Assembly: GCA_963769885.1 (NCBI GenBank)
Contig: CAVYNH010000007.1
Span: 1-64,000, forward strand
Direction: 5' to 3'
From: Methanobacteriota archaeon
GTDB lineage: Archaea; Thermoplasmatota; E2; DHVEG-1
DNA: 64,000 nucleotides
A program made the position numbers and the translations under genes. Below are positions 30,201 to 38,285 of this stretch, in pieces; position 1 is the first letter of the stretch; each line of letters starts with the position of its first letter. The notes beneath the pieces were generated by a model that did not search any database, had not been told where the DNA came from, and worked only from the letters and a program-made list of their open reading frames with translations.

Positions 30201-31122
30201 GGTTTCCTCGAAGGGTGAGTTGAAGACGGTCCTTATTTCAAATAACGGAAGGACGATTTCATTAGTCGATGAGTATGTGTTTACGGATACGACGCGGTAC
30301 TGTAATCATCCGGATATTGTACGGGTGAACCAGACGCTGTTCGCGGTGACGTTTTCACGGAGGGAGGGGACGAAATATTCGAGCGTCGTGTTCACGGTTC
30401 CGATTCGGGTGAATGGCTCGATTTTAAAATATAATGTTGATAATTTGACGTATAATTTCCCTTCGTCGACGTCGTCGCAGGCGACAGTTGCGACGAATCC
30501 CATGCTTCTTCATTATGGGAACGGGCGGAATTACCTTGTGGTATACAAGAATAATGCGCTGACGAGCGGGGTGGCGAGTATTCGTATCGGTGAGAATGGG
30601 AATATCACCGAAGCGGTTGATACGTCGCTTGGGACGTCGGCGGATTCTTATGATCTTTCTATGGTGTATGAATCTGGGAACCGGTATCTTGAGGCGTCGG
30701 GGACCGGGTTGATCGTCAGGGCTATCCGTGTCACGATGGCACCGGTGCAGCGGGTTATTTTCTCTAAGGCGAACGCCTATGAATTGTATGCGAATGCGAC
30801 GACGGTCACCGCGAAGGTGTATGATACCGGTGTTCATGTGGTGTCGACTTCTCTGGGGTATGCGAATGATTGGAACTATGTTGTGCTGACGTACAAGGCT
30901 GGGAGATTCATGAACCTCACAGTGAATGGGAATGAGTCAGGGTCCGCGGGGCATTTCAACTTTGCGCCTGATACCGCGTCGAGTCATTTGTATTCGATTC
31001 GTGTCGGTACGGCGCCGTTGTATTTCGGTGAGTATAACGCGTGGTTTGATGAGTTTTCCTTGTGGGGATCAGCGTTTTCCCCGAGTTGGATTCGAAATCG
31101 GTTTCATAACCCGAATGCGTAG
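27292..31122 (+). CDS. Giant type IV pilin-like adhesin (14 propeller-like repeats inside LamG)
   Basis: RRG/VTPLLSTILLLAI; VNRGGD; GEWNFDS, FDGIDD, ETWVKP ... WNYVVLTY ... FDEFSLW. Confidence 0.82.
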   Translation: METMRKKQPENRQRNRRGVTPLLSTILLLAIAITLVTLIYTAVLKSATERTEVSTSTTNLAASITQNKVTFVNRGGDIIDPRIRITLTINQHEYVTTVGAINNNKPWLPGEEIIYNSSYTTLIGLQVEYSMVDPSQNSVIIHGLIQEGEQGNIPYIQTIGASQITAHTARLTANYNFISSRTTPQVRIQIKTDSALSLYDPNASWSTLTIAPAGPYTGTFTYDAHDLLAGQRYVFRAQLKYSGLATPKQGLGLTFTTPSDRIGEWNFDSTSGPVIDSVSSNNGLLLPNTLRGPRYGPGYVLNAMQFDGIDDKVNISDSNSLDVTDEMTFETWVKPMNNSNGSALSLTQTSSSQFFDTSYGCYDPNWISLGGEYYAYVSRASNNYGWLTTVRISDGGTIYSNATTCVINKASFTTACANPKIIAVAGATGIYAIVYTQSNYGYIRTVSISGTGKIGSFLTNLGFSTPRYCYSPDIVFVGSNTYAIVYGSSTTATSSYGYIQCVSITGGGTTVALKGSVFSMTHDSTVISLTGSQVLIQEPEMLELEGGSPDHYFVIAYKCRDDDGGVYVVQINPSTGAVTRVNGERKFDSKRGENPEIFYITGKFYGVVYGCEGASSPYNDDLNHLKGYITIIRINNANGQIYTQGGEETSHYVFGGAYDFNDKDYSGSQYTVRSSHVLCVGSHFGTYTYVFSYTLKTASGTKGFVRTIGINPATPYSLFTRVANFSYDVNTPDAPDIVQVGGGPTYAIIEHLGAAGNNGLLKTLTIQDDGTIPAKPILDAKEIGVCYCYRPRLLRLSDTYCAMVYQGFNTSGFLKTFYAPASGTLPLYYNDSLGLEPGVWMAANPYQACYEPFLFRVSGSLYAVVYRNYTNQLVFSVGQINSVGQITSSYRRVISGITCTLPVACTVDEYPNVCLVAYRDYSTGRGKLLTIQLTGSGSCMLANASLDGSACTEPVVYRIGSGYYAVAYSGVSSKGELKTVLISNNGRTISLVDEYVFTDTTRYCNHPDIVRVNQTLFAVTFSRREGTKYSSVVFTVPIRVNGSILKYNVDNLTYNFPSSTSSQATVATNPMLLHYGNGRNYLVVYKNNALTSGVASIRIGENGNITEAVDTSLGTSADSYDLSMVYESGNRYLEASGTGLIVRAIRVTMAPVQRVIFSKANAYELYANATTVTAKVYDTGVHVVSTSLGYANDWNYVVLTYKAGRFMNLTVNGNESGSAGHFNFAPDTASSHLYSIRVGTAPLYFGEYNAWFDEFSLWGSAFSPSWIRNRFHNPNA

Positions 31123-31131
31123 GTGAGAGAA

Positions 31132-32061
31132 ATGATGATGTGGAAGAAGAGACGGTTGACGCGAGATCAGCAGGCGGTCGCAGGGATTGTAGTCGCGGTG
31201 ATGATGGTCGGGCTCACACTGGCGGTGGTCTCGCTGGTGCAGGTGTATTATGTCCCGAAGTGGATGAAGGCGCGTGAGGCCGAGCATCTCGGGAATGTCG
31301 AGGACCAGTTTTCTCGGTTGAAGTATGCGATTGATCAGCAGGCCGTTGAGGGATCTGCGGGTGGGCTGTCAAAGAACATCCCGATTTCGACGTCGATTAC
31401 GCTTGGGAGCGAGAATCTGGGGTTTTTGATGTCGCAGCGGGCGTTCGGGCATATCAATTTGCTGAATCAGGGGTGTTCTGTGATGTTGACGATGACGACG
31501 TTGGCCAGTGAGCAGTATGATATGTCGATCCTGAAGTATTTGTCGGAGAATGCGTATTATCTAAATCAGGGGTATGTGCTGGAGGCTGGCGCGTTGATTT
31601 TAAATCAGTCTGGGTCCAGTGTGTTTCTGATTAAGCCGTCGATTTGGACTGATTTCAACAACCATATTCTTCGATTCAATTGGACGTGTACCAACCTGCA
31701 GGCAGCGGGCGGCGTCAGCTCGCTGAGTGGGTATGGGACGTATCCGATTCAGACTAAGTTCGTCGGCAATGGCAGCGTGGTTATCAACCAGATTGCGTCG
31801 GTGACAATCACCACGTACCATCCGGATATCTGGAAGCGGTTGTTTGTGGATTTGGTGACGAGTACGCCAACGAACATCCCTGGCCAGACCTTCCAGAACG
31901 GGAGCGATTTCACTATTTCTCCATATGAGCTTGGTGAGAATGGTCGGACGAAGATGACGTTCAATTTCTTGACCGGCGGTAGTCATCTGATCAGTTCGGT
32001 CATCTTCAATATTAATCTGGTGACGATTTCGGTCCAGTTTGCTCCGGGGTGGATCGACTAG
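31132..32061 (+). CDS. Minor pilin-like protein of archaeal T4P clusters
   Basis: DQQA/VAGIVVAVMMVGLTL; VPKWMKAREAEHL; Y.LEAGALILNQ. Confidence 0.8.
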   Translation: MMMWKKRRLTRDQQAVAGIVVAVMMVGLTLAVVSLVQVYYVPKWMKAREAEHLGNVEDQFSRLKYAIDQQAVEGSAGGLSKNIPISTSITLGSENLGFLMSQRAFGHINLLNQGCSVMLTMTTLASEQYDMSILKYLSENAYYLNQGYVLEAGALILNQSGSSVFLIKPSIWTDFNNHILRFNWTCTNLQAAGGVSSLSGYGTYPIQTKFVGNGSVVINQIASVTITTYHPDIWKRLFVDLVTSTPTNIPGQTFQNGSDFTISPYELGENGRTKMTFNFLTGGSHLISSVIFNINLVTISVQFAPGWID

Positions 32062-32091
32062 ACAAGACCTTGAGACGCTGGTGGAGTCTCT

Positions 32092-33282
32092 GTGAGATCT
32101 GCAGAGGGTCGTCGGTGGTTTTCCTCTGGTAGCCGAGGCGTGGCCTCGCGCTGGCGGGTCCTGATCCTCGTCTGCGGGGTCTCGGTGTGCCTCCTCATCG
32201 GCGGATTGGAGCATATTCGTGTGTATAGTTCAAGTCAGACGGTGACCAAGCATGGCTATGGGTTCTTGGTGGTTCCCCCTCCGCAGTGGTGGGGGAGCAA
32301 CTGGACGTATGTGAAAAAAATCGTCGTGAACCATTCGAGGGTCTCGTCCAATCTGGTGAATTTCCCGGTCTTGATCTCGGAGGAGTCAGACGCGGATCTG
32401 GCTGCGCATGCACAGGCGGACGGTGGGGATATCGTGTTCGTGGACGATGTCAATACGACACAGTTCCCCCACGAGATTGAGAAGTACGACAATGATTCTG
32501 GGGCGCTGGTCGCCTGGGTGAAGATCCCGTCCCTGTCCTCAGAAGAGGATACCATCGTGTACATGTATTATGGGAATCCGGGCTGTGAGAACCAGGGGGA
32601 GGCGTCCGGTGTATGGGATGATTCGTTCTCCGGGGTCTGGCATATGCGAGATGAGACGGCATTAATAGTACCCGACAGTACCTCGGAGGAGAACGACGGC
32701 TTGAAGCTAAGTGAGGGTCATCCGGTACAAGGATCGGGAGTGATCGGGGATGCAGAGGTTTTCAATGGCGTTGATGATGTGATTACAGTTTCGGGGTCGG
32801 ATTCGGTGAATCCTGCAGTGTTCACACTTGAGTATTGGGTGCGGAATTCACCGCCGCAGACCGGTGATTTTTTCGCGCGGATGACAGGGAAGACGAAAGG
32901 GTTTGAGACGGCGATCGACAGTGACGACGGGTACCTGAACGACGATGTGAGTGTCTGTTTCTATGATGGCTCCTGGCATGATACAGGGTTCGATGCATTG
33001 GCTGGGGCCTGGTATTATCTCGCCTGGCGGTATGACGGCGTCAACGTGACGTTGTCGGTGAATGGCTCTGAGGTGTTTCGCCTGGATGATTCAGGCGTGT
33101 TCCTCAGCGGGAATCTCTCCTTGGGGAATGCGGAGGGGTCGTTGCAGGGGCTGAGCGGCGGTCTGGACGAGGCTCGCCTCTCAACGGTCGTGCGCAGCGA
33201 TGCCTGGATTGCGACGAGCTATCAGACTATGAGCGTGCCTGGCTCTTTTGCCAGCATCGGCCCGGAGGTAGCCAAGGGGTAA
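32092..33282 (+). CDS. DUF2341 + LamG domain surface protein
   Basis: NFPVLI, DIVFVD, HEIEKY, AWVKIPSL, YMYYGNP; GVWHM ... GLDEARLS. Confidence 0.85.
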   Translation: MRSAEGRRWFSSGSRGVASRWRVLILVCGVSVCLLIGGLEHIRVYSSSQTVTKHGYGFLVVPPPQWWGSNWTYVKKIVVNHSRVSSNLVNFPVLISEESDADLAAHAQADGGDIVFVDDVNTTQFPHEIEKYDNDSGALVAWVKIPSLSSEEDTIVYMYYGNPGCENQGEASGVWDDSFSGVWHMRDETALIVPDSTSEENDGLKLSEGHPVQGSGVIGDAEVFNGVDDVITVSGSDSVNPAVFTLEYWVRNSPPQTGDFFARMTGKTKGFETAIDSDDGYLNDDVSVCFYDGSWHDTGFDALAGAWYYLAWRYDGVNVTLSVNGSEVFRLDDSGVFLSGNLSLGNAEGSLQGLSGGLDEARLSTVVRSDAWIATSYQTMSVPGSFASIGPEVAKG

Positions 33283-33375
33283 GGGCTGGGGAGAGCTCAT
33301 GGCTGTTTTTCTCGAGGCGGCGACAGATAGGGGCCCCCATATTCTTTAAATATACCTAGCGGATTCGGTGTCTTC

Positions 33376-33759
33376 ATGGCAGTATGGCAAGGCGGCCCCC
33401 GACGGTCCCGAACCGGGCGACGGATTCGCTATGCGCGAAACAAGCGGAAGTTTGAGATCGGGCGGGAGACCACGCTTCCCACTATTGGAAGCACCAAACA
33501 GAAACCCGTGAGAACCCGGGGGAATCATCGCAAGACCCGGCTGCTGGTCGGGAACCAGGCGTATGTGACTAATCCGAAGACCCATACCACGGCGAAGACC
33601 GATATCATCACGGTTGTGGAGAACCCGGCGAACATCCACTACGTCCGACGTAACATCCTGACGAAGGGTGCGATTATCAACACGAAGCTGGGGAAGGCGC
33701 GGATCACCTCGCGGCCGGGGCAAAGCGGCGTCATTGATGCCGTCCTCCTCTCAAGCTAG
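33376..33759 (+). CDS. rps8e: 30S ribosomal protein S8e
   Basis: RNKRKFEIGRE, RTRGN, VVENPAN, RRNILTKGAII, SRPGQSG. Confidence 0.97.
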   Translation: MAVWQGGPRRSRTGRRIRYARNKRKFEIGRETTLPTIGSTKQKPVRTRGNHRKTRLLVGNQAYVTNPKTHTTAKTDIITVVENPANIHYVRRNILTKGAIINTKLGKARITSRPGQSGVIDAVLLSS

Positions 33760-33772
33760 GAGGGAGAGGGTT

Positions 33773-34072
33773 TTGGTTTCGCGTGGGGAGTCCAAGGTTG
33801 TGGTCTGGCCTGCGTATTTTGACAGTTCCCGTACACGTGAGCAGGGCCGTCGTGTGCCCAAGCGGTTTGCGGTGGAGAAGCCAACCTGTGATGATCTTAT
33901 CGCGGCGGCGAAAGCGCTGCGGATGCCGATAGTCGTAGAAAAGGATGCCGCGTACCCGGGGACCTCGTGGAAGCGTGATGGTCGTCTGGTGATTGTGAAG
34001 TCTGGCCCGAAGACCGCGATGTTGCGGAAGTTGGGTGAGCGGTTGCGGGCTGCTAGGGAAGAGAAACTATAA
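33773..34072 (+). CDS. srp19: Signal recognition particle 19 kDa protein
   Basis: VVWPAYFDSSRTREQGRRVPK, AVEKP; TTG start after GGAGGG. Confidence 0.93.
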   Translation: MVSRGESKVVVWPAYFDSSRTREQGRRVPKRFAVEKPTCDDLIAAAKALRMPIVVEKDAAYPGTSWKRDGRLVIVKSGPKTAMLRKLGERLRAAREEKL

Positions 34073-34133
34073 AATGGCTTAGTGTATTTCAAGTGTCGCA
34101 CTAACCTGATGATTTGCTGAGTGGAGACGCAGT

Positions 34134-34841
34134 ATGGAGCCTTCTGGTTCGATGTATGACGAGGCGAGCACGATTTTCTCTCCTGATGGTCGGTTGTTTC
34201 AGGTTGAGTATGCGCGTGAGGCGGTGAAGAAGGGCGCGACGACGATCGGGGTGAAGTTCAAGAATGGGGCGTTGTTGCTTGCGCAACGCCCTGAGTTGTC
34301 GCATCTGGTGCCGTCGACGTCTCTGGAGAAGATTTTTCGGATTGATGACCATATTATTTGTACGGTGACCGGGTTGGTCGCGGATGGCCGGCATTTGATT
34401 GAGCTTGCTCGAGAGGAGGCGCAATTGAACCGGATCCGGTACCTGGATGCGATTCCGGTGAAGGCGCTGGTTGACACGATTTGTGAGTACGAGCATATGT
34501 ATACGCAGTTCGACGGCGTTCGGCCCTTTGGGGTCGTCTTGCTTGTGGCTGGGATCGACGAGCGTGGGGTGCATCTATTTTCGACGGATCCGTCTGGGGC
34601 GTACCTCGAGTATAAGGCGATTTGTGAGGGGAGTAAGAGCCAGACGGCGATGACGTATTTTGCGTCGAATTACGCGGCGAATCTGTCGATCGGTGATGCG
34701 TTGGAGTTGTCGGTGGCTGCGTTGCAGAAGTCGTCGAAGAAGAAGTTGGTGCCGGAGATGATTGATGCGGCGGTTATCGATGCGAAATCCGGTTTCCATC
34801 TCGTGTCGAGTGAGATGAAGAAGAAGGCGTTTGGGAAGTAG
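34134..34841 (+). CDS. psmA: Proteasome subunit alpha
   Basis: YDEASTIFSPDGRLFQVEYAREAV, RPFGV, TDPSG. Confidence 0.95.
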   Translation: MEPSGSMYDEASTIFSPDGRLFQVEYAREAVKKGATTIGVKFKNGALLLAQRPELSHLVPSTSLEKIFRIDDHIICTVTGLVADGRHLIELAREEAQLNRIRYLDAIPVKALVDTICEYEHMYTQFDGVRPFGVVLLVAGIDERGVHLFSTDPSGAYLEYKAICEGSKSQTAMTYFASNYAANLSIGDALELSVAALQKSSKKKLVPEMIDAAVIDAKSGFHLVSSEMKKKAFGK

Positions 34842-34872
34842 ATTGGTTTTTTGCCTGTTTTTTCTGTTGTTG

Positions 34873-35454
34873 TTATTTTCCTTTTCTGCCTGAGGTGAAC
34901 AGGTGGCGTTTGGCATGGGGAAATTGGGCTTCGGCGACGGATTTGACGTCTTCGATGGAGTAGAAGGCGTGGGGGTGGATGCTGTGAATGTGTTGGATGA
35001 TCTTGGGGAGGTCTTTGCGGCGGATGATGGCGGTGATGATTTTGACGGGGCCGGTGTTGCCTTGGCCGTCGTAGGTGGTGACGCCGTAGTTTTCGGCTCT
35101 GAGGCTGTCGATGAGTTGGGTGGTGTCGTGCTTGCAGGTGATGCGGATCATGACCATGCCGATGCTGATTTTCTCTTCGAGGATGATGCCGACGAAGTTG
35201 CCAGTGGCGAAGCCGGCGGCGTAGGCGAGGCTGCAGGGGATGTTGTTGAGGTTGGTCATGATTTGGCCGATGGCAAGCAGCCAGATGTTGATTTCGACGA
35301 AGCCGACGAGGGGGGCGATGTATTTTAGCCCGTGTGATAACGAGATGATGCGGATGGTTCCGAGTGAGACGTCGGTGAGGCGTGCGCAGAAGATGAGGAT
35401 AGGGAGGAGTACCCATTTGAAGAGGTCTGAGGAGTAGAAGCTAAGGAGGTCTAT
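34873..35454 (-). CDS. UPF0316/DUF2179 family membrane protein, apparent ATA start
   Basis: Frame extends upstream of the tracked ORF: (I/M)DLLSFYSSDLFKWVLLPILIFCARLTDVSLGTIRI...AYAAGFATGNFVGI...PHAFYSIEDV; in-frame TGA just 5' of the ATA. Confidence 0.85.
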   Translation of the reverse strand: MDLLSFYSSDLFKWVLLPILIFCARLTDVSLGTIRIISLSHGLKYIAPLVGFVEINIWLLAIGQIMTNLNNIPCSLAYAAGFATGNFVGIILEEKISIGMVMIRITCKHDTTQLIDSLRAENYGVTTYDGQGNTGPVKIITAIIRRKDLPKIIQHIHSIHPHAFYSIEDVKSVAEAQFPHAKRHLFTSGRKGK

Positions 35455-35605
35455 GGCGATGGGTCATCCCCTGGTCGTGATTATAGGGAGGAGAATGCGC
35501 TGTGTTCTTATAAACTCTTCAATTTGGTTGTGTCTTTTTGGGTGTCGAAATCTTTTTATTGGTTTTGTTTTTACCTCTCTGACACACAATTGTGGGGTTG
35601 TGTTG

Positions 35606-35803
35606 ATGAAAAAGCTCTCGGTCGGCACGGATGACTTCTGTCAGAAGTGCATGGATTGGCGTGAGTTCGACGAGAGTGGGAACTGTAAGATCTGCGGGTG
35701 TCATATCAAGAAGCAGTCACAGGCCAGTAGAAGTACGGTGGAGTACGACCTCTCGGATTTCACGACGGAGCATGAGGAGGAGCCGAGTTCCGGAGAGTAT
35801 TAA
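35606..35803 (+). CDS. Small Cys-rich (Zn-binding) protein with acidic tail
   Basis: MKKLSVGTDDFCQKCMDWREFDESGNCKICGCH...EHEEEPSSGEY. Confidence 0.7.
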   Translation: MKKLSVGTDDFCQKCMDWREFDESGNCKICGCHIKKQSQASRSTVEYDLSDFTTEHEEEPSSGEY

Positions 35804-35936
35804 GGCCTCCTTTTTCCTTTGTTTCTGTTGTTACGTTTCTTGTTTAACTTATTAATACTCTTGTTTTAATTCACGATTTTTGTTGTTGGCTGGGATGAGA
35901 ATCCTTAAATTTTGTTGACGCGTTCGTGGTCGTTGG

Positions 35937-36785
35937 ATGGATGCACCGGCGGTGGTTCGAGCCGCGATCTACACGCGGGTTTCGACTGAAGACCAAGCCA
36001 AGGAAGGCTTTTCGCTTGATGCGCAGCTTGAGAAACTGCGTGCGTATTGTACAGCGCGCGGCTGGTCCGTGGCTGGCGAGTACATCGATGACGGGTACAG
36101 CGGACGAAAGGCGAAGCGTCCCGCGTACATCCGGATGATGGAGGAACGGGGGAAGTGGGATACGCTCTTGGTCATCAAGATGGACCGGATCCATCGGAAC
36201 TCCAAGAACTTCATGACCATGATGGAGGAGCTCGGCCGAGAGGGCAAGGAGTTCGTGTCCATGATGGAGTCGCTGGACACGTCGACGGCGATGGGGCGGT
36301 TCGTCATGGATATCATCCAGCGGATTGCACAGCTGGAGTCCGAGCAGATCGGCGAGCGCGTGTACATCGGGATGGAGCAGAAGGCGAAAACCAATGGGGG
36401 CATGCTAGGTTTTAACATACCATACGGGTATGACTACGTCAATGGAAAACTCGTCGAAAATAAAACAGAATCCCCCCAGATAAAAAGAATCTTCGAGTTG
36501 TATCTTGCTGGACAAAGTATGGATAAAATTGCAGAATTGCTTAATCAAGAAGGAATTCCTTCGAAACAGAACAAAAAATGGGGACCTCACACCATTCAAG
36601 TAATTCTTAAGAATCCGCTCTATTATGGATTTCTTCACTGGGAGAAATATATGAACAAGGGGGATTATCCGCCCTTGATCGATCAAAATACTTTCACCAA
36701 GGTCCAAGAGATTATTAAAAAGAGGAAGACGATTGTTCGCCGTCAATTGAAGAAAATCAAAGCACCTACAACCGTAAAAAGTTAG
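35937..36785 (+). CDS. Serine recombinase (resolvase catalytic domain + recombinase DNA-binding domain, no Zn-ribbon tail)
   Basis: YTRVSTEDQ catalytic Ser, DDGYSG, DRIHRN, E helix, PYGY, ILKNPLYYG, PPLID. Confidence 0.93.
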   Translation: MDAPAVVRAAIYTRVSTEDQAKEGFSLDAQLEKLRAYCTARGWSVAGEYIDDGYSGRKAKRPAYIRMMEERGKWDTLLVIKMDRIHRNSKNFMTMMEELGREGKEFVSMMESLDTSTAMGRFVMDIIQRIAQLESEQIGERVYIGMEQKAKTNGGMLGFNIPYGYDYVNGKLVENKTESPQIKRIFELYLAGQSMDKIAELLNQEGIPSKQNKKWGPHTIQVILKNPLYYGFLHWEKYMNKGDYPPLIDQNTFTKVQEIIKKRKTIVRRQLKKIKAPTTVKS

Positions 36786-36792
36786 AGGAATC

Positions 36793-37554
36793 ATGAGGGA
36801 GAATGATTTTTCCTGGGAAATAAAAGCCCAAGCCTTGAAAAAAGCAAATAATCATTGCGAGCGATGTTGGTCCGAAAAAGACCCCGAATGCCATCATATT
36901 GTCCCATATGAGCTCGGTGGTCAATCAACATTAGATAACTGCGTGGTTCTTTGTCATCATTGCCATAACATTGCACCACGTGATCCTTTTCTATTAACAA
37001 ATCTTTTCCTGCGATTCGCCTCCAGTAAAGAATTAATCAACTATTACAATGTAAAAACCGAAGAAGAAGCTATTCAATGCTTTTGCCGAGAAACAAATAT
37101 TGATTTTCAAGAGACGCTTATAAAAATTAGGAATGATCCCTATTCACATGTATATGCAATTAAAAATGGCATGGAGGAACGTGTTAAAAGGAAAGGACAT
37201 GCCGGATTCAACATCCCATACGGATATATTTATTTTCAGGGCGAATTGAAGGTCTACCCAGAAGAAGCAAAGATCGTTAAGGAAATTTATCAGTGGTATC
37301 TTGAAGGAAAAAGCCTGGGTACTATCTGTAAGATGCTGAATTCGGCCCATGTTCGGTCCAAAAAAGGGAGTGTCTGGGCGAAGAAATGCGTTTCTACAAT
37401 TTTGAAAAATCCTGTCTACTGTGGTTACCATAGATGGATGAATCTTTTAGTTGCAGCAAAACATGAAAAGATAATCGACCCAATAGTCTACAATCAAGTT
37501 CAAAAGATGTTAGTGCTACATCATGGCATGCCATTTATCTTGGAGTTAAAGTAG
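36793..37554 (+). CDS. HNH endonuclease fused to a recombinase DNA-binding domain
   Basis: CERC...CHHIVPYELGGQSTLDNCVVLCHHCH; C-terminal GFNIPYGY...ILKNPVYCG...HEKIID. Confidence 0.85.
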   Translation: MRENDFSWEIKAQALKKANNHCERCWSEKDPECHHIVPYELGGQSTLDNCVVLCHHCHNIAPRDPFLLTNLFLRFASSKELINYYNVKTEEEAIQCFCRETNIDFQETLIKIRNDPYSHVYAIKNGMEERVKRKGHAGFNIPYGYIYFQGELKVYPEEAKIVKEIYQWYLEGKSLGTICKMLNSAHVRSKKGSVWAKKCVSTILKNPVYCGYHRWMNLLVAAKHEKIIDPIVYNQVQKMLVLHHGMPFILELK

Positions 37555-37835
37555 GTGTTTTTTGCTTTGGCCGCATCTTTCTCATTCCATTTGGACTACC
37601 GATATGAATGACGAGGGAAATGGAAAAGTCTGGGTTTCCCTCCTGGACCCTTCCTGTTATTCTCCTGATAGATAGGGATGCCAACAGATATGCAGAATCA
37701 TTCTACTTCTGGTTTTCTCGAAGGAGATACCGAGGATCCTCTTGTTTGAGCATCGAAAGCCTGGATTTTACGACGAATTTGGCGCGGCAGCCGCGCATTA
37801 TCCATGCTAGATTTTCTCTTGCACTTGTATATAAT

Positions 37836-37967
37836 TGTTAGCAAGTAGCAATGGACTATGTAAGAGCTATTTGCATTATATGCTAGCAAATAACATGGAA
37901 GATTTGTTAAAGTTTTGGCAATACTTGTTAGCAAATAGCATTGCTGTAAATAAGAGCCATGCTAACA
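37836..37967. repeat. Three TGYTAGCAARTARCA boxes at exact 45-bp spacing plus an inverted TGCTAACA
   Basis: TGTTAGCAAGTAGCA at 37836, TGCTAGCAAATAACA at 37881, TGTTAGCAAATAGCA at 37926; TAAGAGCYAT at 37861 and 37951; TGCTAACA at 37960. Confidence 0.75.
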
Positions 37968-38285
37968 CGAATTTATCGATTTCATTTCTTCCCTTTACAA
38001 ATTAACTAAGAAGCATTACAAACTTCACAAAATAACGATAAGAATTGAATTCACCGAAAATCAGCCAAAAAAATCACCACAAACCCATCCGTACGAGCAG
38101 ATATCCGTCGTCACAGCCGAACACACCAGCCGACCTCATTGCTCCTGCCTCCGCCATAACCACACAATCCAGACCAGTTTAAAATAAAAAAAATACCGAA
38201 ATTTAACAGGTAAATCCTAGAAAAAATCATGTGTGACGAAATATTCAAATACGAGGGAAGCGCTCCCCGACATGGGGGAACCAAG

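Noticed and set aside
20818-31122. Diversity-generating retroelement or shufflon acting on the adhesins
   Set aside because: No reverse transcriptase, no TR/VR pair and no nucleotide-level repeats were noticed; the repeats are at protein level only.
37836-37967. 45-bp periodic repeats as a mini-CRISPR
   Set aside because: The repeats are short and degenerate, the spacers are partly repeated, and no cas genes are present.
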